Translations under genes and position numbers: made by a program | Shown here: positions 1 through 13,802 of the stretch, in pieces | Numbering within the stretch: the first letter of the stretch is position 1 | Layout: every line of letters begins with the position of its first letter | The notes under the pieces: generated by a model | Database searches by the model: none | Told to the model about the DNA's origin: nothing | What the model saw: the letters and a program-made list of their open reading frames with translations, nothing else | Assembly (NCBI GenBank): GCA_951406725.2 | Contig: OX597822.1 | Coordinates: 108,128,001 to 108,192,000, forward strand | Origin: Octopus vulgaris | Taxonomy: Eukaryota | DNA: 64,000 nucleotides | Direction: 5' to 3'

Positions 1-1834
1 GACTATATAAATATATATATATACTGTAATCTCGAACCCGAGAACAAGATTTCTGTTTCTTAAGCTTAAACACAAAATATGATATAGATGTGCATTGTAA
101 TTGTTAAAGGATCTGTATAGAATCAGTGTCAAGTAACTTGAAAGTGGAAATGTTATTTCGAACGCTTAATTGAAGAACTGGAAAAATTATTATATCTATT
201 AAATATTCATTTGGGTATAAATCTAAATCTTTAATCTAAAATCGATCGGTCTAATAAAAATAATTGTATTCTGGACAGTGTTATATGACTATATGAAAAT
301 GTATTTTTTAATATTATTATGAAAACATTGCCTTTTGCAATGAAACCAGTCAGAATAGAAAAGAAAGAAAGAAAGAAAGAACCTGTTTCGTCTTTGCAAT
401 TATGGGAAATTAAACGATTTTATAATGGTTGGCTTGTTTTACATTGTGTCTCCAAATACGGTTTCGTTTCTGGTTTGCGATGCCCTCGTGTACAAATATT
501 AAAAAGACAGAAAAGGAGTCCTAGTAAGAGAAGGTAGCATATTAGTGACCTTAAAGTCAAAGAGGTTTAAGGAAGCGTTATATCGCATGATTATTTCCGT
601 TTGAACAACACGAAAAATCGATAAAAACCGTGTTAAACAACTTGGCGGTAATCAATTCATTCAGAATCCACGCACACAGAGAAAACAACCCATAAGAAAT
701 AAAAATAAAAGATTAGAAAGAGACGTTAGCCATTTTAATGAATGGTTCAATGAATATTTTAATTGTTTGAAAGTAGTTCTAAAGCTTTTCAATAAAGGGC
801 TACGTTCTTGTTGGATGCTTCCAACGACTGACTTTGGGGTTGAATTAAAAGACGAAAGTAATGCAAGTCTCTGTGGAGACTTCACTGTAAAACTAACATT
901 TGCGAGAAATTTTCTTTTGACCCAAGTGTAATTTTTTCCAATGTGTAGAAATAATCGATTAAGGCATTACAGAGAGTTGTTAGTTAGGAAACCTCATCAG
1001 TCATTCTCGAGTGATTCACAGAAGCCTTTAAAATATTTAATTTTCTTTCTAAATATCTCGCCAGACAAACGATGCAAAAAATAGGTTTTGTGCTGAGTGA
1101 ACAAAATTAACGATGACATGCTTAAAACTGATATTAACAATCAGGAAAACCACTATAATAATTAGTAGAAATATCGGAACTGCTGCAGTATAACTGAAAG
1201 TAATTAGATGCTTCCAGTAGCACACAAAATACCAGCTACAAAGGTTTTGGCCATAGAGGACATTTACATATTAAACAAGCTAATACTTTGCATAACACTT
1301 CAAGAATAAATTGTAGTTAGGTTGACAATTTATGAATTGTATAACGTCGGAAGTGTTTTCATTATATAATCTTATAATTATTTTGGGTTTGGTATTCAAA
1401 AAATTAAATGTTTAGAACATTATATTTCTAAAAAGTGAAGTAGCAAATAAGATTTCGCTTGTCATAATGCCCAGAGGCAAGATAGGTTTTAAAAGATTAA
1501 GCAAATGGTACGAATAGAGAAGCCGAAATACGTTATGTTAAAAGGTGAATAATTGATCTCTAAGAATAACATCGAGTTGTTTTATACGTAGTAATAATTT
1601 TAAAAAATGTATAAAACAATGAAACTCTAAGACTATATTCTTAAAATTAGTAGAGGACCAGATAAAACGCTTGCCAGCACTTCACAATCTATTTTTCGTG
1701 CTAATCCTGCCAAAACCGCTTTGGCGTTTTGTCATACTAGGGTCGTTGATGTAAATTACAAATTAACAGCTGACCGGATTTAATCGATTTTCACATGATC
1801 GCAAAATTCAGGTTTTGTTTTTGGGCTACAAACA

Positions 1835-2040
1835 ATTATTCGGTGTGTGGCAAATGATGAGCAAAGTCGGACAAAATGCCTTGTGACATTTGTTCCGACT
1901 GCTTCCATTCTAAGTACAAATCTCGTCGGTGACAACTTTGACTTTCAACCCTCTACAGTCGATAAAGATTTAAGAATAAGTGCAATGTTTATGGTATGAA
2001 CTATAAACCTCCACGCAAAATGGCTGAAATTGAGCCTAAG
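1835..2040 (+). mobile_element. Degenerate tRNA-derived SINE (family C, GGCGGCGAGCTGGCAGAA type)
   Basis: Diverged match to the copies at 21221 and 45244 (gtacaaatctcgtcggtgacaactttgactttcaaccc...gtcgataa). Confidence 0.55.
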
Positions 2041-3707
2041 TAAAAAAAAAAGAACGAAAGTACCTATCTGATGTTTGTCGATGGTTATATCTTTATAAAA
2101 GATATAACCATATACTTACATTTTTATTTTATTGTTTCTTTTTACATGGATGGAATTGTACCCATTTAGATGGTTGCATTATCCCGGCTAAGTCACCTAA
2201 ATGTTTTACTTTATTTTAAATTATATTTATTTTAAACTCTAAAATTATAATAGTTCCTTTACATTCAGAAAACGCAACCAAAGAGAATTACATTGAACGG
2301 AAACAGTATATTCTATAGAAATTAAAATCTAAAACAAATATTAATAAAAAAGCTAAATATATATATATACTGCTTAATTCTGAAACGTACCATAAAAGGA
2401 AGCGCCGTGAACAAATGCTTAAAACAAGAACATCAGTACTAATATTTCCTACATTTGTCTAGTCAGATACAAATTAGCAAATTCAAGTTAAATCTTATCG
2501 CATACAAATGCAATCTCCAACAAAGAAATTTTATATAAGAAACATTATGTTGGAAGAACATGTCAGTATTTCGTACAATGCACGTCTAACATCTCGTCGC
2601 ATGCTATGAAACAGAGGCACCTGAGGAGACAGTTAATGTGGATTTCATTATCTGATTTAAGGAAACAGCGGAGACAGCATTCACCCTTAGACAGGTTGAA
2701 TAATATCTCCTTTATTGCTCCAATCTAACAAAGAAAAAAAAGTGGCGTGATGAATAAACATGTTTAAACATTATGATACCTATCTTTCACGAACTAGTCG
2801 CACAAAATTGTGGAGAAGAAATTCCCGTATTGTAAGGTGTTTGATAAAGACTGGCACGGCAGCAAACCAGATGAATAATAGGTATTATTTCATTGTGTAA
2901 ATGTTTTCTAGATATCCCATATAAACACTCTCGCGCACAAAAACATCCAAAGGCTCTTTCCGTGACGATATAACTCACATACTTTGCAACGCAACGTTTG
3001 TTTTATTTCGTAAGGAAATACAGCGACTTATATTTCATAGGTTTTTATTCAGTAAAATAAAAAAAATAACTTGTTTATTATGATGCCCAGTGGATAATAT
3101 TTAGAACTACATATTGCATCTGCTGAAAGAGGATAACGATTTCATCAAAAGAAAACTTATTTAAATGTTAATTCATCTGTAGTAAGAGCATTTATTTCTT
3201 TATACATCGTAAATTGAGTCTGAGGTGTGTAATGATTGTCTACATCAGATAAACTGAAACGAAAACAGAGTTCTGAGCAAATATACATTGATAAGTGGCG
3301 CGGAGAAGCGAATTCGGATATTTCCTGGCTTCATGTGTATGCAAGTTGACTCAAATTTTGGCTTAATACATAACATCCGTTTCTAGAGGTGCTTGTGCGA
3401 CGCAAAATTCCGTTGTCAAATATTACATCAGATACCAAAAAAAGTCTGTTTCTGTAGTAAAAACGTATTTGCTATTATTGTGTGTAATTTATGGGAAGAA
3501 TGAATAAATAGCCTGAGGAATTTTCTGACCGTGAATAACACAATTAAGTCGCCGTCCTCTACTTTTCCTTCCATATGCACGGCACTGCATTATATTCTTT
3601 CCATGCTCTCTGTTATTAAACTATATGTGTGTGTGCATACATATATATATACATATACATATCTATTTCTCTCTCTCTCTGCTTCCGTCTATATCTCTGT
3701 CTGTCTG

Positions 3708-3738
<31 letters not shown>

Positions 3739-3787
3739 TGGAGGGAAGGGGTTTGTGTATATGTGTCTGTGTATGAAGATAATTTGA

Positions 3788-3840
<53 letters not shown>

Positions 3841-3971
3841 CTGTAAAGTTAGGGTGAATACTTTATAAGTGTAAGCACTTGTGTATGCCATTGATCTAAT
3901 AACGGATTGTTTATAAAGCTTGAAAAACGTGTACCACGATATCCTTTGTGTTCTGTTTTTAATCTATATTA

Positions 3972-4373
3972 CTCGTTTACTCGTTTACTTGTTTCAGTCA
4001 TTTGACTGCGGCCATGCTGAAGCACCGCCTTTAATCGAGCAAATCGACCCGGGACTTATTCTTTGTAAGCCCAGTATTTATTCTATCGGTCTCTTTTGCC
4101 GAACCGCTAAGTGACGGGGACGTAAACACACCTGCATCGGTTGTCAAGCAATGCTAGAGGGACAAACACAGACACACAAACATATATATACATATATACG
4201 ACAGGCTTCTTTCAGTTTCCGTCTACCAAATCCACTCACATGGCTTTGGTCGGCCCGAGGCTATAGCAGAAGACACTTGACCAAGATGCCACGCAGTGGG
4301 TCTGAACCCGGAAGCATGTGGTTGGTTAGCAAGCTACTTACCACACAGCCACTCCTGCGCCTATATAGCCACT
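3972..4373 (-). mobile_element. tRNA-derived SINE (family A)
   Basis: Minus strand begins aggcgcaggagtggctgtgtggtaag (A box) and has ggttcagaccc (B box). Near-identical copies at 19316 and 53672. About 20 nt of the 5' end is duplicated at 4367-4386. Confidence 0.9.
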
Positions 4374-4379
4374 CCTGCG

Positions 4380-4440
<61 letters not shown>

Positions 4441-4454
4441 TATTTACATGAACA

Positions 4455-4610
4455 TTTTAAAAGTTCATTCTGTTGGTCATCAATAGACAACTGTTATATT
4501 ATGACGTAATGAATGTTCCTCTTCCCCTTCACAGTTATAATATCATTAACCCGCCATTCCATTTCAAAACACAATGGTTATCACATACTTGAATATTAAT
4601 GAGAAACACT
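4455..4610. repeat. Diverged local duplication (partner at about 6131-6248)
   Basis: tgttggtcatcaata(g/a)acaa(c/t)tgttatattatgacgta(a/g)tga(a/g)tgtt occurs at both sites. Confidence 0.75.
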
Positions 4611-4846
4611 GGATTATTGACGTGAAATTTAAAATCGAAATCAAATAAAACTTACTTTACTTTGGAAAATTTGTGTGCAGCGGGAAGAGTAAAAAAAGTC
4701 GTGATTATGGATTGTACTTTGCATAACATGCTACAATGTAAGAGAAGGCTTATTTTCTTCATTGATTTTACTCTGTATATGTAAGTTGTGATAATCAAAA
4801 ATTGATAACTTTTAGGTATATTTTTCTGTAAAATAATATTAGATTA

Positions 4847-5303
4847 GTATACTAGCCATCTCAATATGGCTAACCACTAAGGGTGGGTGTTACTGTAGCT
4901 TTTAGCCCCAGGAGATCATCGTCTCGTTCAGATATTTATTATTGCTTGCAGGCAGTTTTTCGAAATCAGTGACGGTGGCTCCTGGGAAAACCATTAAATA
5001 GATATTTGCAAACACGTCTCTCTTCATCGAAAACCGGTGATTACCGTACGTTGACAAGAAGCAAATACCTCGAAACTGCAGTCCGTGCGTATCACTTAGG
5101 TTTGTGAGAGAGGGATGACCTCCCTTTGCAAATATCATAAGGGCACAGAATGTGTGCCTACAGCCAGCTGAAGACGATGATCTCCTGGGGCTAAAAGCTA
5201 CAGTAACATCCACCCTTAGTGGTTAGCCATATTGAGATGGCTAGTATACTTTACGTTGTCGAGCAGTTACTGTTTACCCCCCGTTCATAGATTTATTATT
5301 GCT
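4847..5303 (+). mobile_element. Non-autonomous PLE/retrozyme-like element with 79-bp inverted segment, HHR and 13-bp TSD
   Basis: Inverted repeat 4846-4924 / 5172-5250 with one mismatch. Terminal direct repeat cgttca..atttattattgctt at about 4925-4947 and 5282-5303. Flanking taatattagatta at 4834-4846 and 5304-5316. Confidence 0.8.
5045..5089 (+). ncRNA. Type I hammerhead ribozyme, U3-A8 core variant
   Basis: cgtacg TTGACAA gaagcaaatacctc GAAA ctgcag TC cgtgcg: stem I 6 bp, palindromic stem III ACUGCAGU, GUC cleavage triplet. Stem II is imperfect. Confidence 0.75.
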
Positions 5304-5804
5304 TAATATTAGATTAATTTCGACATAATCTTTGCAGCTTCTGTGAATCTTATTAGATTATATATTTGCATCTATGATCTATAACTCTACTGAGTACTTT
5401 AAATTATTTCCATAAAAGATATAATACCGCCAGTTGACGGTAACTATCCCGAGGATTACGGTTTCGTTATCAGATGCATCTGAACGCTTTTTACAGTAGA
5501 ATTTGTTCATTTACTGTTCGGAAGATACTTTCTGATGTAATAGGACACATTTTGCCTTCATAATACGGATTAGAATCTGGCAATTTCTGAGTTTTGTCTC
5601 ACTTTATTTAACCATCTGCAGGTATCTATTATAATATATATATATATATGTATATATGTTGAGCATTTTGTGCTCACGAAACTCACAAATGGTTATTACG
5701 ATGCACACCCACTCACTCATATCTACATATATAGATACAAGAAACATACATGCATACATATATATGTGCATGTGTATGTTTGTGTCTTAATATATATATA
5801 TGTC

Positions 5805-5846
<42 letters not shown>

Positions 5847-5893
5847 TTATATACACAACAGCCCTTATATATATATATATGCATATATATAAT

Positions 5894-5937
<44 letters not shown>

Positions 5938-5942
<5 letters not shown>

Positions 5943-6124
5943 ATTTGGATTTGGTTTGCAAGATTCTTTATGTGAGTTCCTGTGTTGAAGCATATTTTGT
6001 TGTCTGGGGAGACTCAATTCTCTTTTTAGTGCCTTTTAGTTCTTTAATACCCTCACCGGTAAATTTTCCACCTATTTCTTTTTTATGTTTCTAAAAATTT
6101 CGTTACGTCTTGCAACCTTCTCAA
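5938..6124 (-). mobile_element. Short PLE-like repeat ending in (TA)n with truncated HHR-like motif
   Basis: Minus strand 6124-6091 reads TTGAGAA g gttgc aagac gtaac GAAA ttttt ag. The 5' arm of stem I is missing. Confidence 0.45.
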
Positions 6125-6254
6125 AATTTCATTTTGTTGGTCATCAATAAACAATTGTTATATTATGACGTAGTGAGTGTTGCCCTTCGCAGCTATATAA
6201 TCATTAGTTCGTCATTCCTTTTCAAGACTTTGAAACACTAATGAAAACGTTAGT

Positions 6255-6332
6255 GCATAGCGTTTATATATTTCCTAAATGCATAACGTTTATATATTTA
6301 CTAACTGCATAAAGTTTATATATTTACTGAAC
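6255..6332. repeat. 26-bp tandem repeat, 3 copies
   Basis: gcata(g/a)(c/a)gtttatatattt(c/a)ct.. repeated three times. Confidence 0.8.
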
Positions 6333-6381
6333 TTTGTCAACAAAACAACTGTTTAAACTTTGCATACAATAGTTACTATTT

Positions 6382-6545
6382 TAGATTCAAAGACTCAAAT
6401 TTGTGAACGAGGCAACGTCGATAGCTTCAAGCTTTTGAATCTGTATATTTACCAATATTGGAAGCCAATACTGCATCCTAACTAGATTTTATTATGTATG
6501 TGCTAGAATATTTGAAAATAATACTCACCTGATATGGAATCATAT
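6382..6545. repeat. About 160-bp local duplication (partner 7812-7975), each copy followed by (TA)n
   Basis: tcaaag.ctcaaatttgtgaa.gaggcaacgtcgatagcttcaagc...atatggaatcatata at both sites. Confidence 0.85.
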
Positions 6546-6695
6546 ATATATATATATAAGAAATAATGGTGTCATTGAGACCCAATGGTGTCAGGTAATG
6601 CTGAATAAGTGCTATAGACAGAACATACTTAAGTTCCAGATTCGGTAATATTGCGAATAAAGGATTCAACGTTGGTTCTATGTCAGCGTTGGCTC

Positions 6696-6731
6696 TAAGT
6701 CATAGTTAGTTTCGAAACTAACTATGACTTA
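6696..6731. repeat. Perfect 36-bp palindrome
   Basis: taagtcatagttagtttc|gaaactaactatgactta. Confidence 0.95.
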
Positions 6732-6748
6732 ACTTTTCCTCTCGCACC

Positions 6749-6803
6749 GTCTCCGATGAAGGGATATTATTATTTATTAATATTCTAGAAACAGCTGAAA
6801 GAC
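6749..6803 (+). ncRNA. Degenerate type I hammerhead motif
   Basis: gtct CCGATGA ag ggatatta..taatattc ta GAAA cagctg AA agac. U4>C, and the expected U16.1 is A, so probably inactive. Confidence 0.55.
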
Positions 6804-6887
6804 CTATCTATAAATGCTCTAATATCTATACAGCTTTGTTTTTTTTATCTCATTACACAAAAAATTCATATACACACACACACACAC

Positions 6888-6918
<31 letters not shown>

Positions 6919-7084
6919 TGTATATATGAACATTTATGGTGGGCGTGTGAGTGTGTGGGTTTGTATATATATATTTGGCGAATGGTGCCGGTGAGGATGT
7001 GTACGTTTCAAGTGAAGGTGGATCAGTGTATACTTTTAGGTGCATGAAGATGGATGTGCGGGAGCGCATGTGTAGGTATGGACA

Positions 7085-7454
<370 letters not shown>

Positions 7455-7968
7455 TGCACCAACCCACAAGTGTGCGTATGCTTAGATTTTTGTGGATGCT
7501 TGTATGAGCGAATGTATATGCGCCATGCAGTTTGGGCGAGGACTTTTATACATCCATATCTGTTAAAGGTTTTTCTAAATACTTTTCTTGCTGTATTGCT
7601 TGTTCGTTTCTTTTTACCATCTGTGAATTAATGTTTGATTTCCTATATAAACGAAGATAATTCCTTACTTTTGCTTCTTTTCTTTCTACGAAATGAGAAA
7701 ATACATTGCGGGACTATTATTTTAACGAGTTCTATCTATTTATCCCGCGATAAGCACCCACTGATGCTCCTGATCCGATTATTAACTGTGCGACCGTTGT
7801 GGGAACGATACTAGAATCAAAGTCTCAAATTTGTGAATGAGGCAACGTCGATAGCTTCAAGCTTTGGAATCTGTACATTTAACAATATTAGAAGTCAATA
7901 TTGCATCCTAAATAGATTTTACTATGTTTGTGCTAGAATATTTGAAAATAATAATCACCTTATATGGA

Positions 7969-8029
<61 letters not shown>

Positions 8030-8260
8030 TCAAGAAGTTTTTTTGAATAAGTACAATGAATTTTAAAGCTATTATAGTTATTCTCTTTACGTTTGCGCAA
8101 CTGAGATATTTAGGTTGTATCATAGAGTTATCTGTTTTACGCTCCTTTTTATATTCTGTACGTGTCACAATATCGAACCATATTTATCATGGCATCAGCA
8201 CACAATTTACTGATGCTTACAATTTTTATTTTTCCGCGCATTTTTCACGGGTCCAGATAG

Positions 8261-8363
<103 letters not shown>

Positions 8364-9470
8364 CATACATACACACATGCAGGCATATATACATATATAC
8401 ATATATACATATACGCATATATCTGTATATGCAGCTCTCTCTTTCCTCTTCAAATAGCTCATTATACTCTTCCTGCACCGACGTTTGTTTGATATTTCTT
8501 CTCTCCTCCTCCTCTCCTTTTTCTCATCGTTCCTCTATCCCATTCTTTGTCTCCTTCTGTCCTTAATCCCCATCAAATGTTACTGCGTGTACTTCTAAAA
8601 GAAATGATACAGTTAATTTTCGTTTGTTAACAAAAGGATATTGAAATGGTTGTATTCCCTACCCGCTGTAAAAATGAGATATGTTTGCTAAAGTGCAGCA
8701 ACATGTCAACTAGATTTTTTTTTGATTTTTTCGATTTTAGTTTGTAACTTTTGAAGGCCAGATCTACAGAAACTTAATAAAAATCGAATCTCGTCAGATG
8801 TACTTTACGATAGGTGTTCAGTTCCTGCATATTTAGCAAACGGCTACAACCCGTTAACTGATATGCGTAAAGAACATAGTATAGAACATGGTATAGACTT
8901 TATTACGTTCAGCATATATTTACATCAATTTAATTATTTATTTATCTATCTATGTTAAATACTATATCTGCTTACATGAGCCGCTTAACATATTTACATC
9001 CCGTATCTCACCAAGGGAACGCTGTATATCTGAAATTTTCAATCTTTGTCCAATAATTCTTTATGAGATAGATTAATAAAATTAGTCTATCTCATTAATA
9101 ATTTCTTTTAAAAGGTGAAAGGATATAATTTGTAAGTCCTCATTCATTTATTTATTTTTACTCTATTTTTACTTTGTGTTCTATCTATTTTGTTTTATTC
9201 TTGATTTCATTTTAAAAATTTCATGTACACTAGCATTAAGTTAATATATATCTTATAACTATTTGAACCATTTCGATATTTACAATAATAGATTGCCTGG
9301 AATGACTTCCACCTTAATTAAATATTAATAATGACTATACATAATTGAATTAAACTCTACATAATAATTTTGTATTGCTTTAATATAGATGAACATAATA
9401 TCGCAGTATATGTCATTTATACCATAATATCTACTTAGGTTTTTCTTTTGCTAAACACCCGATATGAATA

Positions 9471-10242
9471 TATAGCGGCACAAGTCATGAATAGAATTTA
9501 TGGCGCTAAAATGACGTAACGATCATGTTTGCCCGAACAAGTATAATTCTTAGTTTCCCATTGGTTAAAATTACTTCCCATATTTGAATTCTAAACTTTC
9601 GTCAAAGAGAAATCTATCTCGAAATTCGGTTCTTAGAATTCAAGGATTCGCAGTTATAAAAAGCCTGATTTTGGAGAAATTAATCAGTGTTCGTTGGTTG
9701 TCCCTCATTTCCACGACACTCACTCCTTTGAGATATTGACTATTTTTATACCATGTGTATATCTAATTCCAACGAGACTATTTTGAATTGTTGCGTAAAA
9801 CTCTGGTAGCTTGGTATGAAAGAATTAACTAATATATATTTTATGTCGTAATCCTCTACGACAGTTTTTTTTTTACTTATAAATGAAAGTAAAGATTAAA
9901 TGAAAATAAATAAGCTGATTTAGAAAATATTTTCTCTTTCTTCTTTATTTCAGCCTGTTAATGAAACTTATTTCTTCAACTATGAAACTGTTATTATAAT
10001 GGTGAAAAAGAAGACTACCTTATTCATCTTCAACATACATGTATGTTTCAGCGTCTTGTTGTTTATGCAGCCTGAGTTCAGATTTATGTATAGTGATAAT
10101 ATAATGAAGTTATAAGTGACGGGTTTACCACCATAGATTCCTACTCAAGAAATAAAATATATGTATTATGCATTCCAATTCGAAACCATATAAATATGAT
10201 AATCTCAGTCCGTTATAAACTTGACAAAACCACCGCTTTATA
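9471..10242 (+). repeat. 5' LTR
   Basis: Direct repeat of 13803-14632 (tggcgctaa.atgacgtaa...ctcag.ccgttataaacttga). Confidence 0.9.
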
Positions 10243-10246
10243 AAAC

Positions 10247-10267
10247 TGGTGACCCACCGACGTGATC
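10247..10267 (+). promoter_or_regulatory. Primer-binding site complementary to the tRNA-Trp 3' end
   Basis: tggtgacccaccgacgtgatc versus canonical TGGTGACCCCGACGTGAT (2-nt insertion), directly after the 5' LTR. Confidence 0.8.
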
Positions 10268-10564
10268 AAATAGGTAAATCACCACATTGTAAAAGTGGTG
10301 AGCCTTGTGAAAAATATATAAAATTTTATATAGAAAAGAGACGATAGCTTCGTTGAAAAATTTCATATTAAATGTTGAAAGAAGAAAGATCGCTGAAGAA
10401 AGGTTTTAACTGCACTTTCTTGCAAACTAAATTTATACTTCATAGTTGTTGAGAGCATTACTTCACAAAGTGAAAATTTTTCTTGAAAATTTTAATACGT
10501 TGGAATTGAAGAAAATATTAAAGAGTTCGAAATGTTTTATTTCGATAGAGGATAAATGCAAGCT

Positions 10565-13500
10565 ACTATGGCAGTTTGCCTCCCGTTTGGATGGGTGACA
10601 CCATTATCTGGTTTCCTCAATTATAAACAAGTTTTGCAGCAAACAAAATAACAACAGTGGCACAAAAATATAACATTACGTTAAGCAACGTATCACCACC
10701 TCTGAGCAATGAAATTAGAGACTCATTAATAGATCCTACCGAATCAATTCCGTATTCTTCTCTAAAGGAAGAGGTACGAGGACTTCATGCTCCTTGTTCA
10801 ATAACGAATATCCAGGTGACAGAAAACCTACTCAACGCCTTAGAAGAATGAAAGAACTTCCCGGAAATAGAGGAGTCTTATCGTAAATAATTTTTCTTTG
10901 GCAAGTTGCCTCATAGCAATCAAATTCTACTTTCAACGGTGAAAGAGCAAAACTCTCTAAAACAATTAGCAGATGGTATATTGGAATTATCATCTAGAGA
11001 GTCTTTAAATGCCCTACTATCCATTTCTTCAGAATTACAGATGAAAAAACTTATGAAAAACAAATAAGATTATTAACAGACAAAATTGAAAGTCTTCAAG
11101 ATGGAAGAGATAAGCGTTCCCATAACGGAAATAATGCAAGATGACATGGAGAATCGAAAAGTTCCAGAGGAAACGCTATATGTAGGTACCATTCAACATT
11201 CGGTGACAAATCCTATCATTGTGTTAAACCATGCTCGTTTGATTTTCTAAAGATTAGACGCGACGAAATCTGTGGGTAACTTCATAAAGAAGTCGAATAT
11301 TCTTCATATTTGAGTCTAACTCCAAACAAAGATTCTTAGTTGATACAGGGGCAGCTTGTTCCATTTGGCCGGTTAAACTTTTAAAAGAGAAACCTAAGCC
11401 TGCTTATTTGACTCTACAAACTGTTAATCTGTCTGATATCCAAACATTTTGAGAAATTAGTTTAACTCTAGATTTACATTTAAGAACAGAATATGAGTGA
11501 ATTTTCATTGTAGCAGATTTGCCTTGTCCGATATTGGGGGAAGATTTTCTTTCAGATTACAATTTACTGGTAGTTGTAAAGAAATAAAAATTGATAGGCA
11601 TAGTTACTTCATTTAACATTCAAGTCATGAATTGCAGGAACGCGACAATTAGTCCGTTATATTTTATGGCGTCCTCCGAAAATCGTTATCAGAGGATTTT
11701 GAAGAATTACCCTGAAGTTACAAAACCATTAGCTCCAAACACCAAATGTGTTCATTCAGCCCCTCATCACATTGTAACCCATGGACCACCAAGTTTTTGG
11801 GAACCTCGAAGATTATCTCCAGAGAAATTAAAAATTGCTAAGGCCGAATTTCGTCACATGTTAGACCCCGGAATTATTCGTCCTTCTAGCAGTAACTGGT
11901 CTCAACATTTAGTTTTAGTAAAACAAAATCTCACAGACTGACGTCCATGCGTAACTTTTAGACAGCTTAATGCAAAAACACAAGAAGAAACTCAATTCCA
12001 CATATCCATGATTAGCAACTTCGTTGAGTGATTGTAATATCTTTTCGAAGATAGATTCAGTTAGAGCATACAATCAAATTTCTGTTGAAGAGAGTGATAC
12101 ACCAAAAAATGATATTGCAACTCCATTTGGGTTGTATGTATTCCCTCGTATGCCTTTCGGATTGAGGAACGCAGCAAATTCTTTCCAGAGATTCATCGAT
12201 GACAAGAGATTTACATTTCGTATTTGCTTATATAGACGATATTCTCATTGCTAGTCCGCCAGAAGCAGTTCATGAAAATCACGTAAAACAATTTTTCGAA
12301 AGACTGACTAAATATGGTATAGTGATAAATCCATTAAAGTGTGTTTTCAGTGAACGCACTATATCATTTTTAGGATATCTCATTGATAAAGATGGAATTC
12401 TCTCACTGCCAAAGTTGAAGCTATTAATAAACCCCCAGTACCAAATTCTTTACGAAAGCTTCGGGAATATCCTACAGACTTTTCATTCCACGTTGCACAG
12501 AAAGGTTATTTCTTTTAACTGAATTATTAAAGAATAGAAAAAAGAAAACTTAAGCTATATATTTAAAAGATGAAGAATTACAGGCTTTTCAAAGCATAAA
12601 AGAAGAACCTTGTGAAGCAACACTCTTAAACGATCCGGTTCCTGAAGCAAAGTTATCGTTGATAGTTGATACTTCCGACGTTGGAATCGGTGGAGTTTTA
12701 TAACAGTTTCATTGTGGATTTTGGCAACCATTATCATTCTTTTAAAAAAATTCAAGGCAGCATAAACGAAACACAGCGTTTTCGGCATAGAGTTATTGGT
12801 AGCTTACTTGTAAATTAAATATTTCAGACATCTTCTTGAATGTAGGTTATTTACATCATTTACTGACCATAAACCATTGGCACATGCACTAAAAAATTCT
12901 TCAGAAAAATATTCTTCCAGAGAAATTAGACACCTTGATTATATTTCACAGTATACTGTGGGTATACGGTATGTCAAGGGTGTTGAAAATTCTTCAGCTG
13001 ATACACTTTCTCGAATGAATACTTATGCATTACGTTCATTAAGCACTATCAATTTAAAGAAATGTCCAAAGATCAAACGACTGATAAAGAATTTTCTTTA
13101 TATAAAGTTTCCAGTTCTACCTCTTTGAAATTTGAATTATTGCCATGATTTAATGTGATATTTTTACAGGATTTTCTAGACCATTTGTGCCTGAAAAGCA
13201 TAGAAAAATTGACTTTTGTACTTTACATAAATTATCTGATCCTGGTATTGGAGCTTCATTAAAATTAATATCAAGTCGATTCGTTTGACCTGGTATGAAA
13301 AAGGATATTCGTTCTTCGGTTAAATCGTGTATGCAGTGCTAAAGAACAGAAGTGAATCATCCCATTAAAGTAACATTAGGTAATTTTGCAAATTCTGATG
13401 TTCATTCTTTTACAAGTATATCATAAAATATCAAAAGTTCAGTCCCTTCTGATATTAATTCTTGGAGTCATGTGTTTGTACGTAATGATGCCGGTCATCA

Positions 13501-13612
13501 TTCACTGAATCATAAATACACTGGACCTTTTAAAGTTTTGTCAATCAAAGATAAAACTATGACTTTGGATATGAATGGTAAACAGGAAATTATCAGTTTA
13601 GACAGAATTTAA
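10565..13612 (+). pseudogene. Gypsy gag-pol remnant
   Basis: Gag knuckle CRYHSTFGDKSYHCVKPC (about 11180); protease FLVDTGA (about 11333); RT MPFGLRNAA and YIDD (12229-12240); RNase H TDHKPL; integrase Zn finger and GPF tail. Confidence 0.92.
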
Positions 13613-13802
13613 GAAAAGCTTATTTCGACTAGACCACATACCATGAGAATAAAAATTTGAGCAATACATTTCAAAATAACTTGAAACAAAACAATTCACA
13701 AATAGCGAACGTAAGATTGAGGAAATGATCCACAAGTCTATTTGCATTGATAATATACTTATTTTCGCAAAATTGTAACAATTTTTTCTGGTTACGGCCT
13801 TA

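Noticed and set aside
5168-5210. ctgaaga..aaaagcta as the HHR of the 4847 element
   Set aside because: No GAAA or stem I; the supported motif is at 5045-5089.
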